Assembly: GCA_963662435.1 (NCBI GenBank)
Contig: OY759598.1
Span: 3,380,507-3,444,506 of the forward strand
Direction: 5' to 3'
DNA: 64,000 nucleotides
Source: Dehalococcoidia bacterium
Lineage (GTDB): Bacteria > Chloroflexota > Dehalococcoidia > Lucifugimonadales > VXLM01
Under the pieces are notes generated by a model. It saw only the letters and a program-made list of their open reading frames with translations. It was not told the origin of the DNA and did no database searches. Position numbers and translations under genes: made by a program. Positions 1 to 9,997 of this stretch are shown piece after piece. Numbering within the stretch: position 1 is the stretch's first letter; every line of letters begins with the position of its first letter.

Positions 1-1
1 T

Positions 2-814
2 TCCGACGGAGACCACACCATCGGGAACGCGTGCATAGTCCAGGACCGGACGACCGAAAAGATATGGCTGCTGTTCTGCAAGGACAACGATACCGTTCAC
101 GCAATGTCCTCCGATGACGATGGGGCAACGTGGGCGGAGCCGAGGGACATCACGACAGACGTCAAGCCGGACAACTGGACGTGGTACGCGACAGGGCCCG
201 GACACGGCATTCAGCTAACTAGTGGGCGACTCGTCATACCGTGCGACCACAGCGAAGGGACGAGGCATCACTCGCCGTTCTACTTCTCCCACGCGATTTA
301 CAGCGACGATCACGGTGAGACGTGGACGGTTGGCGGGAGCACGCCGGGCTCCACCGATGAGTGCCAGGTCGTCGAGCTTACGGACGGCAGGCTATACATG
401 AACGTCCGCTCGGCCGACCGGAGCCTCTCGACGCGGCTGGCCTGCTGGAGCGACGACGGAGGAGAGTCTTGGTCAGAACCGGAGCCGGTACAGGAACTCA
501 TCGACCCGGTCTGCGAGGCGAGCATCGTTCGTCTGACCGGCGGGACGAACGAACGAGACCGCATCGTGTTCTCCAACCCCGCAAGCGATCAGCGCGAGCG
601 TATAACGGTGCGTCTGAGCTACGACGAATGCGGGTCGTGGGAGGTCTCGAAGACCCTCTACGTCGGCCCGTCCGCCTACTCCGACCTGGCCGTCCTGCCC
701 GATATGACGTTGGGCTGCCTGTACGAGCGGGGGTCCGAGCGCTACTCCGAGAGTATCCGGTTCGCGCAGTTCAATCTCGAGTGGCTGACGGACGGTGCCG
801 ACTCGCTGGCGTGA
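2..814 (+). CDS. Sialidase/BNR (Asp-box) repeat protein, GH33-like, 5' partial
   Basis: The frame is open back to the window edge. It has four Asp-boxes (SDDDGATW, SDDHGETW, SDDGGESW, SYDECGSW) and the C-terminal SAYSDL...LYERG pattern of bacterial sialidase-family proteins. Confidence 0.8.
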   Translation, partial: SDGDHTIGNACIVQDRTTEKIWLLFCKDNDTVHAMSSDDDGATWAEPRDITTDVKPDNWTWYATGPGHGIQLTSGRLVIPCDHSEGTRHHSPFYFSHAIYSDDHGETWTVGGSTPGSTDECQVVELTDGRLYMNVRSADRSLSTRLACWSDDGGESWSEPEPVQELIDPVCEASIVRLTGGTNERDRIVFSNPASDQRERITVRLSYDECGSWEVSKTLYVGPSAYSDLAVLPDMTLGCLYERGSERYSESIRFAQFNLEWLTDGADSLA

Positions 815-1014
815 GTCGGTCGCCATTCCAATAGCGAGATGAAGTGCAATATTCTTTTACTGACGCAATGAGCCTACTGTTTGGTAGAGTAATTCCATAA
901 GCCTCCATCGTTGATTAGAGGGGACAGAAAGCGTCTGAGCTAGAGAGAGATGTCGAGTCGGCGGTCTCCGCTTGGGACTTGTGCGCTCGATTCAGGTTCG
1001 CAAGGGATGTAGAC

Positions 1015-1521
1015 ATGGACGATCTCACCAGACTGATGCTTTCGGCGCAGGCCGAGGCGTACGAGATAGCAGAGAGAACCGGGGACCTCCCCGAAAAGGT
1101 AGAAGTCAGCGCCAGATTTCATATGGACGGCTCAGGAGGGATGATACTTGATCGGTCGTCACGTTCCGTTGGCCCCATCAAAATGACTTTCACCCTTGCC
1201 CCTCAGCAGACCCCCGCTGGTCTACAACTACTTCGCGACAGGCTGATGGCCCAAGCCATGAAAGGTCAGAAGAAGAACACACGGAAGCGGACCGCTAGCC
1301 TCGCCCTCTACCAACTCCAGCGGAGGAGATGCAACGGCTGCGACGAAGAGTTGACTGCGTGGCAGCTCACTATCGACCATATCGTGCCGAAGTCACAAGG
1401 CGGAAGTGACGAGTTCGATAACCTCCAATTGCTTTGCTACTCCTGCAACTGGCTTAAGACGGATGACACTCAAGAGGATCTGCTCGACAGGCTTAGGGAT
1501 TTAGGCGTCATACCTCCCTAA
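1015..1521 (+). CDS. HNH endonuclease domain protein
   Basis: C-terminal CNGC...TIDHIVPKSQGGSDEFDNLQLLCYSCN is a McrA-like HNH motif. The start is uncertain (GTG 979 or ATG 1015). Confidence 0.8.
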   Translation: MDDLTRLMLSAQAEAYEIAERTGDLPEKVEVSARFHMDGSGGMILDRSSRSVGPIKMTFTLAPQQTPAGLQLLRDRLMAQAMKGQKKNTRKRTASLALYQLQRRRCNGCDEELTAWQLTIDHIVPKSQGGSDEFDNLQLLCYSCNWLKTDDTQEDLLDRLRDLGVIPP

Positions 1522-1688
1522 AAGACCTTCTTGCTCCCCCTACCGGCAGTCTTTTTACCGACTAGACTGGCGCTTTGCACTTCCTCCCTGTAGCTTCAAC
1601 AACCCACAAATGGTGTACGGGCAGGACAACGTATGGTACACTGCTCTACGAAAAGACTTAGAGAAAGAAATAGGATCGCAAATTAGGA

Positions 1689-1958
1689 ATGGGACTGGAC
1701 ACTAGCGTTAAGGAAGCGGTCGTCAAAGAGTATCGGACGAAGGACGGGGACACGGGATCGGCGGAAGTACAGATCGCACTCCTTACCACTCGCATCGTCA
1801 ACCTTACCAGCCACCTGCGTGAACACATCCACGACGAGTCGACCCGACGCGGTCTGATGAAGCTCGTTGGACGAAGGCGGCGACTACTCAAGTACCTCAA
1901 CAAAGAGGACGTTGGACGTTACCGTTCTATAGTCGCTAGGCTAGGTCTCCGGGGATAA
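1689..1958 (+). CDS. rpsO: 30S ribosomal protein S15
   Basis: 89 aa with [27 protein letters not shown] and RRRLLKYL; lies upstream of pnp. Confidence 0.98.
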   Translation: MGLDTSVKEAVVKEYRTKDGDTGSAEVQIALLTTRIVNLTSHLREHIHDESTRRGLMKLVGRRRRLLKYLNKEDVGRYRSIVARLGLRG

Positions 1959-1965
1959 CTCCCTC

Positions 1966-1995
1966 AAGCACCCGCACTTCGGGTGCTTTTTCTTT
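1966..1995 (+). terminator. Rho-independent terminator between rpsO and pnp
   Basis: Stem AAGCACCCG/CGGGTGCTT with a 5-nt loop, followed by TTTCTTT. Confidence 0.8.
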
Positions 1996-2029
1996 GTTTG
2001 CCCTTGTAACTCAGAGGAGAGAACACGTT

Positions 2030-4318
2030 ATGTCGAATTCGTTTGAAAAGCAGATAGGTGACCAATTATTCACCATAGAGACCGGAAAGCTCGCACAGCA
2101 GGCCAACGGCGCAGTCGTCGTCCGACAGGGCGATTCGATGGTGCTGGTAACGGCGACGATGTCGAAGCCGAGGGAGGGAATCGACTTCTTCCCGCTGACC
2201 ATCGACTTTGAGGAGCGCCTGTACGCGCGAGGCCGAATTCCCGGAGGATTCCCCCGGCGGGAGGGACGACCCACGACGGACACCGTCCTCACCATGCGCC
2301 TCACGGACCGTCCGCTGAGGCCGCTGTTCCCGAAAGACTTCCGCAACGAAGTGCAGATCATCACAACTCCGATGTCGGCAGACCTGGAGACCCCCCTGGA
2401 CATCATGTCCATCGTTGGGGCGTCCACGTCTCTGTCGATCTCGGACATCCCGTTCAACGGTCCGATAGGAGTGACGCGAATCGGCTGTGTGGACGGCGAG
2501 TTCGTCATCAATCCGACGTACCAGCAGTCCGACGAGAGCACCCTTGACCTGGTCGTCGCCGGATCGCGGGACGGAGTGCTGATGATGGAGGCCGGCGCCA
2601 GCGAGGTCTCCGACGAGATGGTCCTCGAGGCCATCAAGCTGGCCCAGGATACGAACCTTCAACTCATCGAGCTCCAGGACGAGATCATCGAGGCAGTGGC
2701 GAAGCCCAAGTCCGATTACAGTCCGTTCGGCTATCCCAAAGAGCTGGACGGCTTGGTCGACAAGGCCGTCGAGGGCAAGCTGGCCGATGCGATGTCGCCC
2801 GAAGGCGGCAAGGCCGATATGAGCGCCCGGCTCAGTGCGCTCAAGGACAGTGTCACAGAGGAGATCGGTGAAGAATACGACGGCAAGGACGTCTCCGAGG
2901 CGTTCGAGACCTTCGTGGAACAGGAGTTCCGACGGCGCATCATTGAGCTTGGCGAGCGTCCCGACGGACGTAACCTTACGGAGATCCGCCCGCTCCTTTC
3001 TGAAACGGGAATTTCCCCCCGAGCCCACGGTACAGGACTCTTCCAGCGCGGTGAGACCCAGGTATTGGCATTCACCACGCTCGGGCCTGTGGGCGACAAG
3101 CAGAAGATCGACAACCTCACGCCCGTCGATTTGAAGCGGTTCATGCTGCATTACAACTTCCCGCCGTTCAGCACGGGCGAGACCGGCAGGATGTTCACCG
3201 GCAGGCGGGAGATCGGTCACGGCGCGCTGGCGGAACGGGCCATCGCCTCGGTGCTTCCCTCTGAAGAAGACTTCCCGTACGCGATCCGCGTGGTCGCCGA
3301 GTGCCTGAGCTCCAACGGCAGCACCTCCATGGCGAGCACGTGCGCGGGCATCCTCGCCCTGATGGACGCCGGCGTGCCGATCACGAAGCCCGTGGCGGGC
3401 ATCTCCGTCGGTCTCGTCACCGACGACGAGGGCCGCTTCGTGACCCTGACCGACATCCAGGGAATGGAAGACCACTTCGGCGACATGGACTTCAAGGTCG
3501 CCGGTACGGCCGACGGCATCACGGCCATTCAGCTCGACATCAAGGTGCAGAACATCGGCTTCGAGGTTATCGAGCAAACGCTGGCCCAGGCCAAGGAAGC
3601 CCGGATCGAAGTCCTGGCGAAGATGGCGGAGGCGATAGCGGCTCCTCGCGAAGAGGTCAGCCAGTACGCCCCGCGCATGACTTCCGTCAAGATACCGGTC
3701 TCCAAGATAGGCGCAGTCATCGGTCCGGGCGGCAAGACCATTCGCGGCATCATCGAAGAGACTGGCGCTCAGGTCGACGTCCAGGACGACGGCACGGTAT
3801 TCGTCTCGTCCGTCGACGGCGATGCGTCCAAGCGGGCCGTCGAGATGATTGAGAACCTGACCAAGGAAGCCAAGATCGGCGACATCTACACCGGCAAGGT
3901 TGTCCGCATTATGGGATTTGGGGCGTTTATTCAGATACTCCCCGGACAGGACGGCATGGTCCACATCAGCGAGCTGTCCGACCACCGCGTCGAGTCCGTC
4001 GAGGACGAGATCGAGATGGGACAGGAGCTAACGGTGCAGGTGATCGACATCGACCCCCAGGGGAAGATATCGCTGTCCCGCCGCTCACTCCTCTTGGACG
4101 AGGACATGGAGACGGTAGCCGCAAGGCGGCAGGGAGCCGGAGGCAACGGCAGGTCCGGCGGGGGAGGACGCGGAGGCCCTCGTGGCCGCGACGGTGGAAG
4201 ACCCCCTCGGCGGGATGGTCCGGGCCGTGAGTATGGCGGAGACAGGCCTCCACGCCGGGACGATTCGCGTCGTGAGGGCCGTCCTGATCAACGAGGAGGC
4301 GGGCGAGACCGCCGATAG
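2030..4318 (+). CDS. pnp: Polyribonucleotide nucleotidyltransferase (PNPase)
   Basis: Two RNase PH domains (DRPLRPLFP, RREIGHG, DMDFKVAG), then KH and S1 domains. ATG 2030 has a GAGGAG RBS. Confidence 0.97.
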   Translation: MSNSFEKQIGDQLFTIETGKLAQQANGAVVVRQGDSMVLVTATMSKPREGIDFFPLTIDFEERLYARGRIPGGFPRREGRPTTDTVLTMRLTDRPLRPLFPKDFRNEVQIITTPMSADLETPLDIMSIVGASTSLSISDIPFNGPIGVTRIGCVDGEFVINPTYQQSDESTLDLVVAGSRDGVLMMEAGASEVSDEMVLEAIKLAQDTNLQLIELQDEIIEAVAKPKSDYSPFGYPKELDGLVDKAVEGKLADAMSPEGGKADMSARLSALKDSVTEEIGEEYDGKDVSEAFETFVEQEFRRRIIELGERPDGRNLTEIRPLLSETGISPRAHGTGLFQRGETQVLAFTTLGPVGDKQKIDNLTPVDLKRFMLHYNFPPFSTGETGRMFTGRREIGHGALAERAIASVLPSEEDFPYAIRVVAECLSSNGSTSMASTCAGILALMDAGVPITKPVAGISVGLVTDDEGRFVTLTDIQGMEDHFGDMDFKVAGTADGITAIQLDIKVQNIGFEVIEQTLAQAKEARIEVLAKMAEAIAAPREEVSQYAPRMTSVKIPVSKIGAVIGPGGKTIRGIIEETGAQVDVQDDGTVFVSSVDGDASKRAVEMIENLTKEAKIGDIYTGKVVRIMGFGAFIQILPGQDGMVHISELSDHRVESVEDEIEMGQELTVQVIDIDPQGKISLSRRSLLLDEDMETVAARRQGAGGNGRSGGGGRGGPRGRDGGRPPRRDGPGREYGGDRPPRRDDSRREGRPDQRGGGRDRR

Positions 4319-4401
4319 GCGCGCCCGGATCGCGCAGGCCGTAGAATCTATCTATGACCAATGCGCCATAATCCAACAAGTACACACGTCCAGGAAGAAC
4401 C

Positions 4402-4439
4402 CATATCATCACTCCCGCGAATGCGGGAGTGATGATATG
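4402..4439. repeat. Perfect 17-bp-stem palindrome after pnp, related to repeat family B
   Basis: CATATCATCACTCCCGC-GAAT-GCGGGAGTGATGATATG. Confidence 0.8.
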
Positions 4440-4477
4440 CACTACAATGATCGCACCGCTCTATTGGGAGGCTTGCG

Positions 4478-5272
4478 ATGACTGAGCAGATTCGAGTTAC
4501 CGTGCAGGGCGCGCTGGGGCGCATGGGTCAGGAGATCATCGCGACGCTCGACAAGGAACCGGACATGGTCCCGGTTGCCGGTGCGGACAAATTCGCTACG
4601 GTTGACTCGCTTGCCATCCCGGGTGGCTCCGGCACGATCCCAGTCTCGACCTCGCTCGCAGACGTAATCGGCGACGCGGACGTCGTGGTCGACTTCACGA
4701 ACGGAGAGGGAGCCGCCGACGCCATCGATATCGTGCCTGCCAGCGGCAAGCACCTCGTGATCGGCTCAACCGGCATCCCGACGGACGCAATCGAGCGAGC
4801 GGAGAAGCTCGCCGCCGAGCACAACGTCGGAATCTTCATCGCACCGAACTTCACCATAGGCGTGGCCGTAATGATGCACCTCGTCAGAGAGGCCGCGCGC
4901 TTCTTCGATTACGCCGACCTCCTCGAAACGCATCACGAGGCAAAGATCGACGCTCCGTCCGGTACCGCTCTCGCCATCGCTGAAGCGGCGGCAGAGGCGA
5001 AGGGTGGCGCATTCAACGCCCCCGCAGCGGAGAAGGAACTCGTTGCTGGAACGCGTGGCGGGGACCATGAGGGCGTGGTCATCCACTCAGCCCGAATGCC
5101 GGGCAAGGTTGCTCACCACGAGATGGTCTTCGGCCACGTCGGCCAGACGCTCTCGATCAAGCACGACTCGATTAACCGCGAGAGCTTCATGCCAGGCGTC
5201 ATGCTCGCCATCCGCGAGATCAGGAACCGTCCCGGCCTCACCATCGGCCTGGACAAGCTGATGGGGCTCTAG
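4478..5272 (+). CDS. dapB: 4-hydroxy-tetrahydrodipicolinate reductase
   Basis: GALGRMG, VVDFT, APNFTIG and ETHHEAKIDAPSGTA motifs. Confidence 0.95.
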   Translation: MTEQIRVTVQGALGRMGQEIIATLDKEPDMVPVAGADKFATVDSLAIPGGSGTIPVSTSLADVIGDADVVVDFTNGEGAADAIDIVPASGKHLVIGSTGIPTDAIERAEKLAAEHNVGIFIAPNFTIGVAVMMHLVREAARFFDYADLLETHHEAKIDAPSGTALAIAEAAAEAKGGAFNAPAAEKELVAGTRGGDHEGVVIHSARMPGKVAHHEMVFGHVGQTLSIKHDSINRESFMPGVMLAIREIRNRPGLTIGLDKLMGL

Positions 5273-5307
5273 TACCGGTCCCACATGGCTTTGATCTTAC
5301 GATTCAT

Positions 5308-5366
5308 CCTCACGCCCGTATCGGGTACGGGGCAGGCTCTAGCTTCCTCCCTCTACGGGAGAGGGG
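5308..5366. repeat. Family D palindromic repeat carrying a nested 24-nt hairpin element (5315-5338)
   Basis: CCTCAC(G)[CCCGTATCGGGTACGGGGCAGGCT]CTAGCTTCCTCCCTCTACGGGAGAGGGG. The host matches the copies at 20256, 38864 and 40374. Confidence 0.7.
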
Positions 5367-5443
5367 ATAAGGCGGCATCTGCCAACAAGCTGACTGAGTA
5401 CCAGGCAGCGCCTTTCCAAAGTTGTAGCGGAGATTTACGCCCC

Positions 5444-5502
5444 CCGTTCGGCCTGAGCTTGTCGAAGGCCTGTTCATGGTTCGACAGGCTCACCACAAAC
5501 GG
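5444..5502. repeat. Family A REP-like inverted doublet
   Basis: CCGTTCGGCCTGAGCTTGTCGAAGGCC...TGGTTCGACAGGCTCACCACAAACGG. Confidence 0.8.
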
Positions 5503-5634
5503 ACTTTGGAAAAGCCTTCCCAACCCCCTGTCGTATTGACAGACCACAGGCGCTTTGATAGCTTGCCGATGCTCTCGTCCCGGACGATTGGACGGAGCGT
5601 CCCAATCTTCGGAACCCCTTCGGGTGAGTGAGCC

Positions 5635-6546
5635 ATGCAGCAGCGCAGGATACCTAATACCAACCTCGACGTTTCGGTCGTTTGCCTCGGTACGATGACA
5701 TTCGGCACCCCGGTCGATCAGCAGGGCGTCAACGGCATCATCGACTGGTGCCTCGACAACGGCCTCAACTTCATCGACACGGCGGACATGTACGAAGGCT
5801 ACACCCGGTTCCTGGGTTCTCCCGGCGGCAAGTCGGAGGAGTTCATCGGGAACGCGCTCGTGGGTCGCAGGGACCAGGCAGTCATCACAACGAAGGTGGG
5901 CAATCCTGTCGGCGACGATTCCTACACCGGGACGGGCCTCGGACGCGACCACATGCACCACCAGATCGACGCCAGTCTCGGACGGCTCCGCACCGACTAC
6001 GTCGACATCTACGAGATGCACCGAGACGACCCCGATACGCCGCTCGAAGAATCGATTGCCGTGATGGCGGGACTGATCGAAGCGGGCAAGGTCCGGCACT
6101 GGGGATTCTCGAACTTCGAGCCCGACGACATCCACCGGATGATCGCCCTCTGCGACGAAAACGGCTGGCCCCGCCCCGTCATCGCCCAACCACCGATGAG
6201 CTGGCTGGAGCGCGACTCCGAGGATGCGTATATCCCCGCGTGCATCCAGTACGACATCGCCGTCACGCCCTACCGCACGCTCCAGGCCGGTCTGCTGACG
6301 GGCAAGTACAAGCGCGGACAGGAGGCGCCGCCGGGGAGCAGGGGCGATGAGTCGTCGTGGCTGGACGACCCGGACGACGCGCTCTGGGACAGGATCGAGG
6401 AGTTCGAGCGCGAGGCGGCGGAAGCATCGCTCACACCAACGCAGTATGCCGTCAAGTGGCTCCTCGACCGACCGGGGGTGACGAGCGTGATCGTGGGCTG
6501 CAAGCGACCCGACCAGCTTGAGCCGTTCGCGGAAGCTTTTGCGTGA
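5635..6546 (+). CDS. Aldo/keto reductase
   Basis: CLGTMTFG, FIDTADMY, SLGRLRTDYVDIY.MH and GLLTGKY motifs. Confidence 0.92.
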   Translation: MQQRRIPNTNLDVSVVCLGTMTFGTPVDQQGVNGIIDWCLDNGLNFIDTADMYEGYTRFLGSPGGKSEEFIGNALVGRRDQAVITTKVGNPVGDDSYTGTGLGRDHMHHQIDASLGRLRTDYVDIYEMHRDDPDTPLEESIAVMAGLIEAGKVRHWGFSNFEPDDIHRMIALCDENGWPRPVIAQPPMSWLERDSEDAYIPACIQYDIAVTPYRTLQAGLLTGKYKRGQEAPPGSRGDESSWLDDPDDALWDRIEEFEREAAEASLTPTQYAVKWLLDRPGVTSVIVGCKRPDQLEPFAEAFA

Positions 6547-6593
6547 TCTCCGGCTGAATACCGCCCAACCATCAATTGCGAAGGGAGTAATTC

Positions 6594-8288
6594 ATGCCGT
6601 CAGCCAACAACGTGACCGGCAGTCATCTCATAGGCGAGACCCTCAGATCGGCGGGGGTGTCGACTGTCTTCACCCTGGCCGGCGACCACAATCTGCCCCT
6701 TCTCGACGCCCTGGCAGACATGGACTTCCGCATCATCGACACCCGTCACGAGGCCGCGGCTGTCCACATGGCCGACGCTTGGGCGAGAGTCACGGGCGAG
6801 CCGGGAGTTGTGACCTACACGACACCGGGCTTCGCCAACGGTATCCCCGGCCTGAGCAGCGCCATGTACTCGGAGGCACCGCTTCTCTCGATCTCCGGCT
6901 CGGCCCCGCTCAGCGAACTGGGACAGGGCGCAATGCAGGAGATCGACCAGATCGGAATGGCAAAGCCCGTCACCAAGAGCGCCGCCATGGTCACCGACGT
7001 GCTGCTGATTCCGGGCATGATCGCAGAGGCCTTGCGTACCGCCTATTCGGGTCGTAGGGGCCCCGTCCATCTGACGGTACCGATAGATTTACAGGAACGC
7101 GAAGTCTCGCTGGATGAGGTGACCGTTCCTCAGTCCAACGAGTACCGTCCCTGTGCTATGGCGGCCCCCACTGACGAGCAGATCAGTCAGGCCGTCACCC
7201 TCCTGAAGTCCGCGGAGCGCCCGCTCATCATCGCCGGGAGCGCCGCGTCGTACTCCGGGAACGGGGAGACGCTCCAACGCTTCATCGAAACGACCCGCAT
7301 ACCGCTCATGACCGAGTCTTCCGCTCGCGGGCTGGTGTCGGACGAGCACCGGTACAGCATGGGCTTCTACGATAACGGCCTCAATCGAGCGGCCCGCAAG
7401 CTGCGCGAGGCCGACGTTATCCTGTTGTTGGGCATGAAGCAGGACATCATCATCGGCTACACGCGCCCTCCCACCGTTTCTCCCGATGCCAAAATCGTAC
7501 AGGTCGACCCCTCGCCCGGGGAGATAGGGCGCAATCGAGAGGTTGCGGTCGGTATCGTGGGCGACGTCGTGGACGTAGTTGCCCGGATTACGGACGAGGC
7601 CGCGAGCCACGCGTGGCGCGATCTCCCATGGCTCGACGACCTCCGAGAGGCCAGGGCGGATCAAGTCGCGGAGATGGAGACCCTCGCCCAGCCGTCCGTG
7701 CCGATTCATGCACTTCATGTTCACAAAACGCTCCTTTCCTTGATGGACGAGGGCGATTACCTCGTCTTCGACGGGGGCGACTTCTGTCACTGGGGTCGTG
7801 CGTACCTTCCCGCGAGGACGCCACGAACGTGGTCGTACTTCTCCGGGTTGGGGATGCTGGGGACGGCCATCTCCACAGCAATGGCCGCGAAGCTCGCGCA
7901 TCCGGACAGGAGGGCCATCGTGATCTCAGGCGACGGCGCGTTCGGCTTCAACGCCCTTGAGTACGACACCGCCGTCCGGCACGGCATCGCAATCACGACC
8001 GTGCTCGGCAACGACGCGTCCTGGGGCATCGACCGGCAGATTCAGCTTCAGGTCTACGGCAAGCCCGTGGCTACCGACCTCCTGCCCGTGCGTTACGACC
8101 ACCTCGTCGAGTCCTTCGGCGGTGAGGGGCTGTACGTCCAGGACCCCGCCGATCTCCCTGACGCCCTCGACCGCGCCCTCAACTGTGGTCGCCCGTCCCT
8201 GGTCAACATCGAGGTCCGACGCGCCATCAGTCCCCGCGGCCAGGCAGCAGTCGACCGCTGGAAGAGCGCGGTGCCCCAGCCGTTTTAG
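6594..8288 (+). CDS. Thiamine pyrophosphate-dependent enzyme (acetolactate synthase/2-hydroxyacyl-CoA lyase-like)
   Basis: TRHEAAAVHMADA, the GDGAFG...N TPP-binding motif and DGGDF. Confidence 0.88.
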   Translation: MPSANNVTGSHLIGETLRSAGVSTVFTLAGDHNLPLLDALADMDFRIIDTRHEAAAVHMADAWARVTGEPGVVTYTTPGFANGIPGLSSAMYSEAPLLSISGSAPLSELGQGAMQEIDQIGMAKPVTKSAAMVTDVLLIPGMIAEALRTAYSGRRGPVHLTVPIDLQEREVSLDEVTVPQSNEYRPCAMAAPTDEQISQAVTLLKSAERPLIIAGSAASYSGNGETLQRFIETTRIPLMTESSARGLVSDEHRYSMGFYDNGLNRAARKLREADVILLLGMKQDIIIGYTRPPTVSPDAKIVQVDPSPGEIGRNREVAVGIVGDVVDVVARITDEAASHAWRDLPWLDDLREARADQVAEMETLAQPSVPIHALHVHKTLLSLMDEGDYLVFDGGDFCHWGRAYLPARTPRTWSYFSGLGMLGTAISTAMAAKLAHPDRRAIVISGDGAFGFNALEYDTAVRHGIAITTVLGNDASWGIDRQIQLQVYGKPVATDLLPVRYDHLVESFGGEGLYVQDPADLPDALDRALNCGRPSLVNIEVRRAISPRGQAAVDRWKSAVPQPF

Positions 8289-8388
8289 GCTAGCGAATCC
8301 CCCGATTCGTTTGTGAAGGGGCCTACACCCCGTGTGTGTTCTGTATAATACCGCCCAATTCTGAGCAAGGACTTCACAATTTCATCAT

Positions 8389-9945
8389 ATGTTAGCCAAA
8401 ACACTGACCTGCGCCGTTGTCGGACTCGATGGATATGTCGTCGAGGTCGAGGTGGATATCTCGCCGGGGCTCCCGGCGTTCCACGTTGTGGGGCTGCCTG
8501 ACACTGCCGTCCAGGAGGCGCGTGAGCGAGTCCGCGCCGCCATACGAAACTCCGGCTGCGAGTTCCCGATGCGACGCATTGCCGCCAGTCTTGCGCCCGC
8601 GGACCTTCGAAAGGCGGGCCCGTCATACGACCTGCCGATAGCCCTGGCCGTCCTGTTGGGGTCGGGCCAACTGTCCGGAACGCCGCCTCTGACGATGTTC
8701 CTCGGCGAGCTGGCGCTGGATGGTCAGCTTCGCCACACGAACGGCATCCTGTCGATGACCGCCGTAGCCAAGGAGGAGGGGTTCCTGCGGGTCTTCGTGC
8801 CGGAGTCCAATGCCCCGGAGGCGGCGCTCGTGGAGGACATCGAGGTCATCCCCGTGCGGACCCTGGCGCAGGCCGTGGCGCATCTTCGCGGCGAGGAGCA
8901 GATCCTGCCGTGGTCGCGCCGGGTGGCCCCGGTCGATGGTCATGCCTTCGAGGTCGACGAGCCACCGACCAATGGCGTCGGGCACGTTGGTGGCGCCGAC
9001 CTCGCGGACATACGCGGCCAGGAACACGCAAAGCGCGCCCTCGAGGTCGCGGCGGCGGGAGGACACAACCTTCTCATGAGCGGTCCTCCCGGAAGCGGCA
9101 AGACACTCCTCGCGCGATCTATGCCTTCGATCATGCCGACGCTGACCAACAACGAAGCCCTGGAAGTGACCAAGATCTACAGCGTTTCCGGCCTGCTCCC
9201 GTCGTCATCGCCCCTCATAAGCTACCGGCCCTTCCGCTCCCCCCACTACACCATCTCCAACGCGGGACTCGTGGGCGGTGGCTCCATTCCCAAGCCGGGC
9301 GAGATCACCCTCAGCCACCGTGGCGTGCTCTTCCTCGACGAGCTTCCGGAGTTCGGGCACACCGTCCTTGAGGTGCTGCGTCAGCCCATTGAGGACAAGA
9401 TCGTGACGATCAGCCGAGCGAAGGGCAGCATCACGTACCCGGCGAACTTCGTCCTCGTGGGAGCCATGAACCCGTGTCCGTGCGGGTACTACGCCGATCC
9501 GACGAAGGAGTGCGTCTGCAGCGCCTCGCAGGTCAGCCGGTACAAAGGACGAATCAGCGGGCCGTTGCTCGACCGCATCGACGTGTTTGTAGAGGTACCG
9601 CGTATCGAGTACGATAAGCTGGTCGCGCCGCCGAACACCGAGACTTCCCAGCAGGTGAGCGAGCGTATCAAGAGGGCGCGGGACGCCCAGCGGAGGCGAT
9701 TCGAAGGGACCAGCCTGATTACCAACTCCGAGATGGGGCCGGTCGAGGTGTGGGAGTACTGCCGGCTCGACGACGCGGCGCAGTCGCTCATGCGCTCTGC
9801 CATGAAGAGCATGCACCTCACGGCGCGAGGATTCCATCGCGTTCAGAAGCTCGCGAGAACCATCGCGGACCTGGGCGAGTCGGACGAGATCGACATTGCA
9901 CACTTGGCCGAGGCCCTCCAGTACCGGCCAACAAGCTGGACATAG
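8389..9945 (+). CDS. comM: YifB/ComM family Mg-chelatase-like AAA+ ATPase
   Basis: VGLPDTAVQEARERV, GPPGSGKT, PFRSPH, LFLDELPEF and AMNPCPCG motifs. Confidence 0.92.
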   Translation: MLAKTLTCAVVGLDGYVVEVEVDISPGLPAFHVVGLPDTAVQEARERVRAAIRNSGCEFPMRRIAASLAPADLRKAGPSYDLPIALAVLLGSGQLSGTPPLTMFLGELALDGQLRHTNGILSMTAVAKEEGFLRVFVPESNAPEAALVEDIEVIPVRTLAQAVAHLRGEEQILPWSRRVAPVDGHAFEVDEPPTNGVGHVGGADLADIRGQEHAKRALEVAAAGGHNLLMSGPPGSGKTLLARSMPSIMPTLTNNEALEVTKIYSVSGLLPSSSPLISYRPFRSPHYTISNAGLVGGGSIPKPGEITLSHRGVLFLDELPEFGHTVLEVLRQPIEDKIVTISRAKGSITYPANFVLVGAMNPCPCGYYADPTKECVCSASQVSRYKGRISGPLLDRIDVFVEVPRIEYDKLVAPPNTETSQQVSERIKRARDAQRRRFEGTSLITNSEMGPVEVWEYCRLDDAAQSLMRSAMKSMHLTARGFHRVQKLARTIADLGESDEIDIAHLAEALQYRPTSWT

Positions 9946-9997
9946 CACACTGCGGACGTATACCGTCCGGTCGGACGTGAAAAGCGAGGTGAGAAAG

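Noticed and set aside
5285..5539. Small ORFs over repeat clusters (also 12517-12954, 18402-18782, 40112-40474, 62148-62480)
   Set aside because: Their translations are just repeat-derived peptides such as LSLSK, FDRLTTNG and RHSRARGNP.
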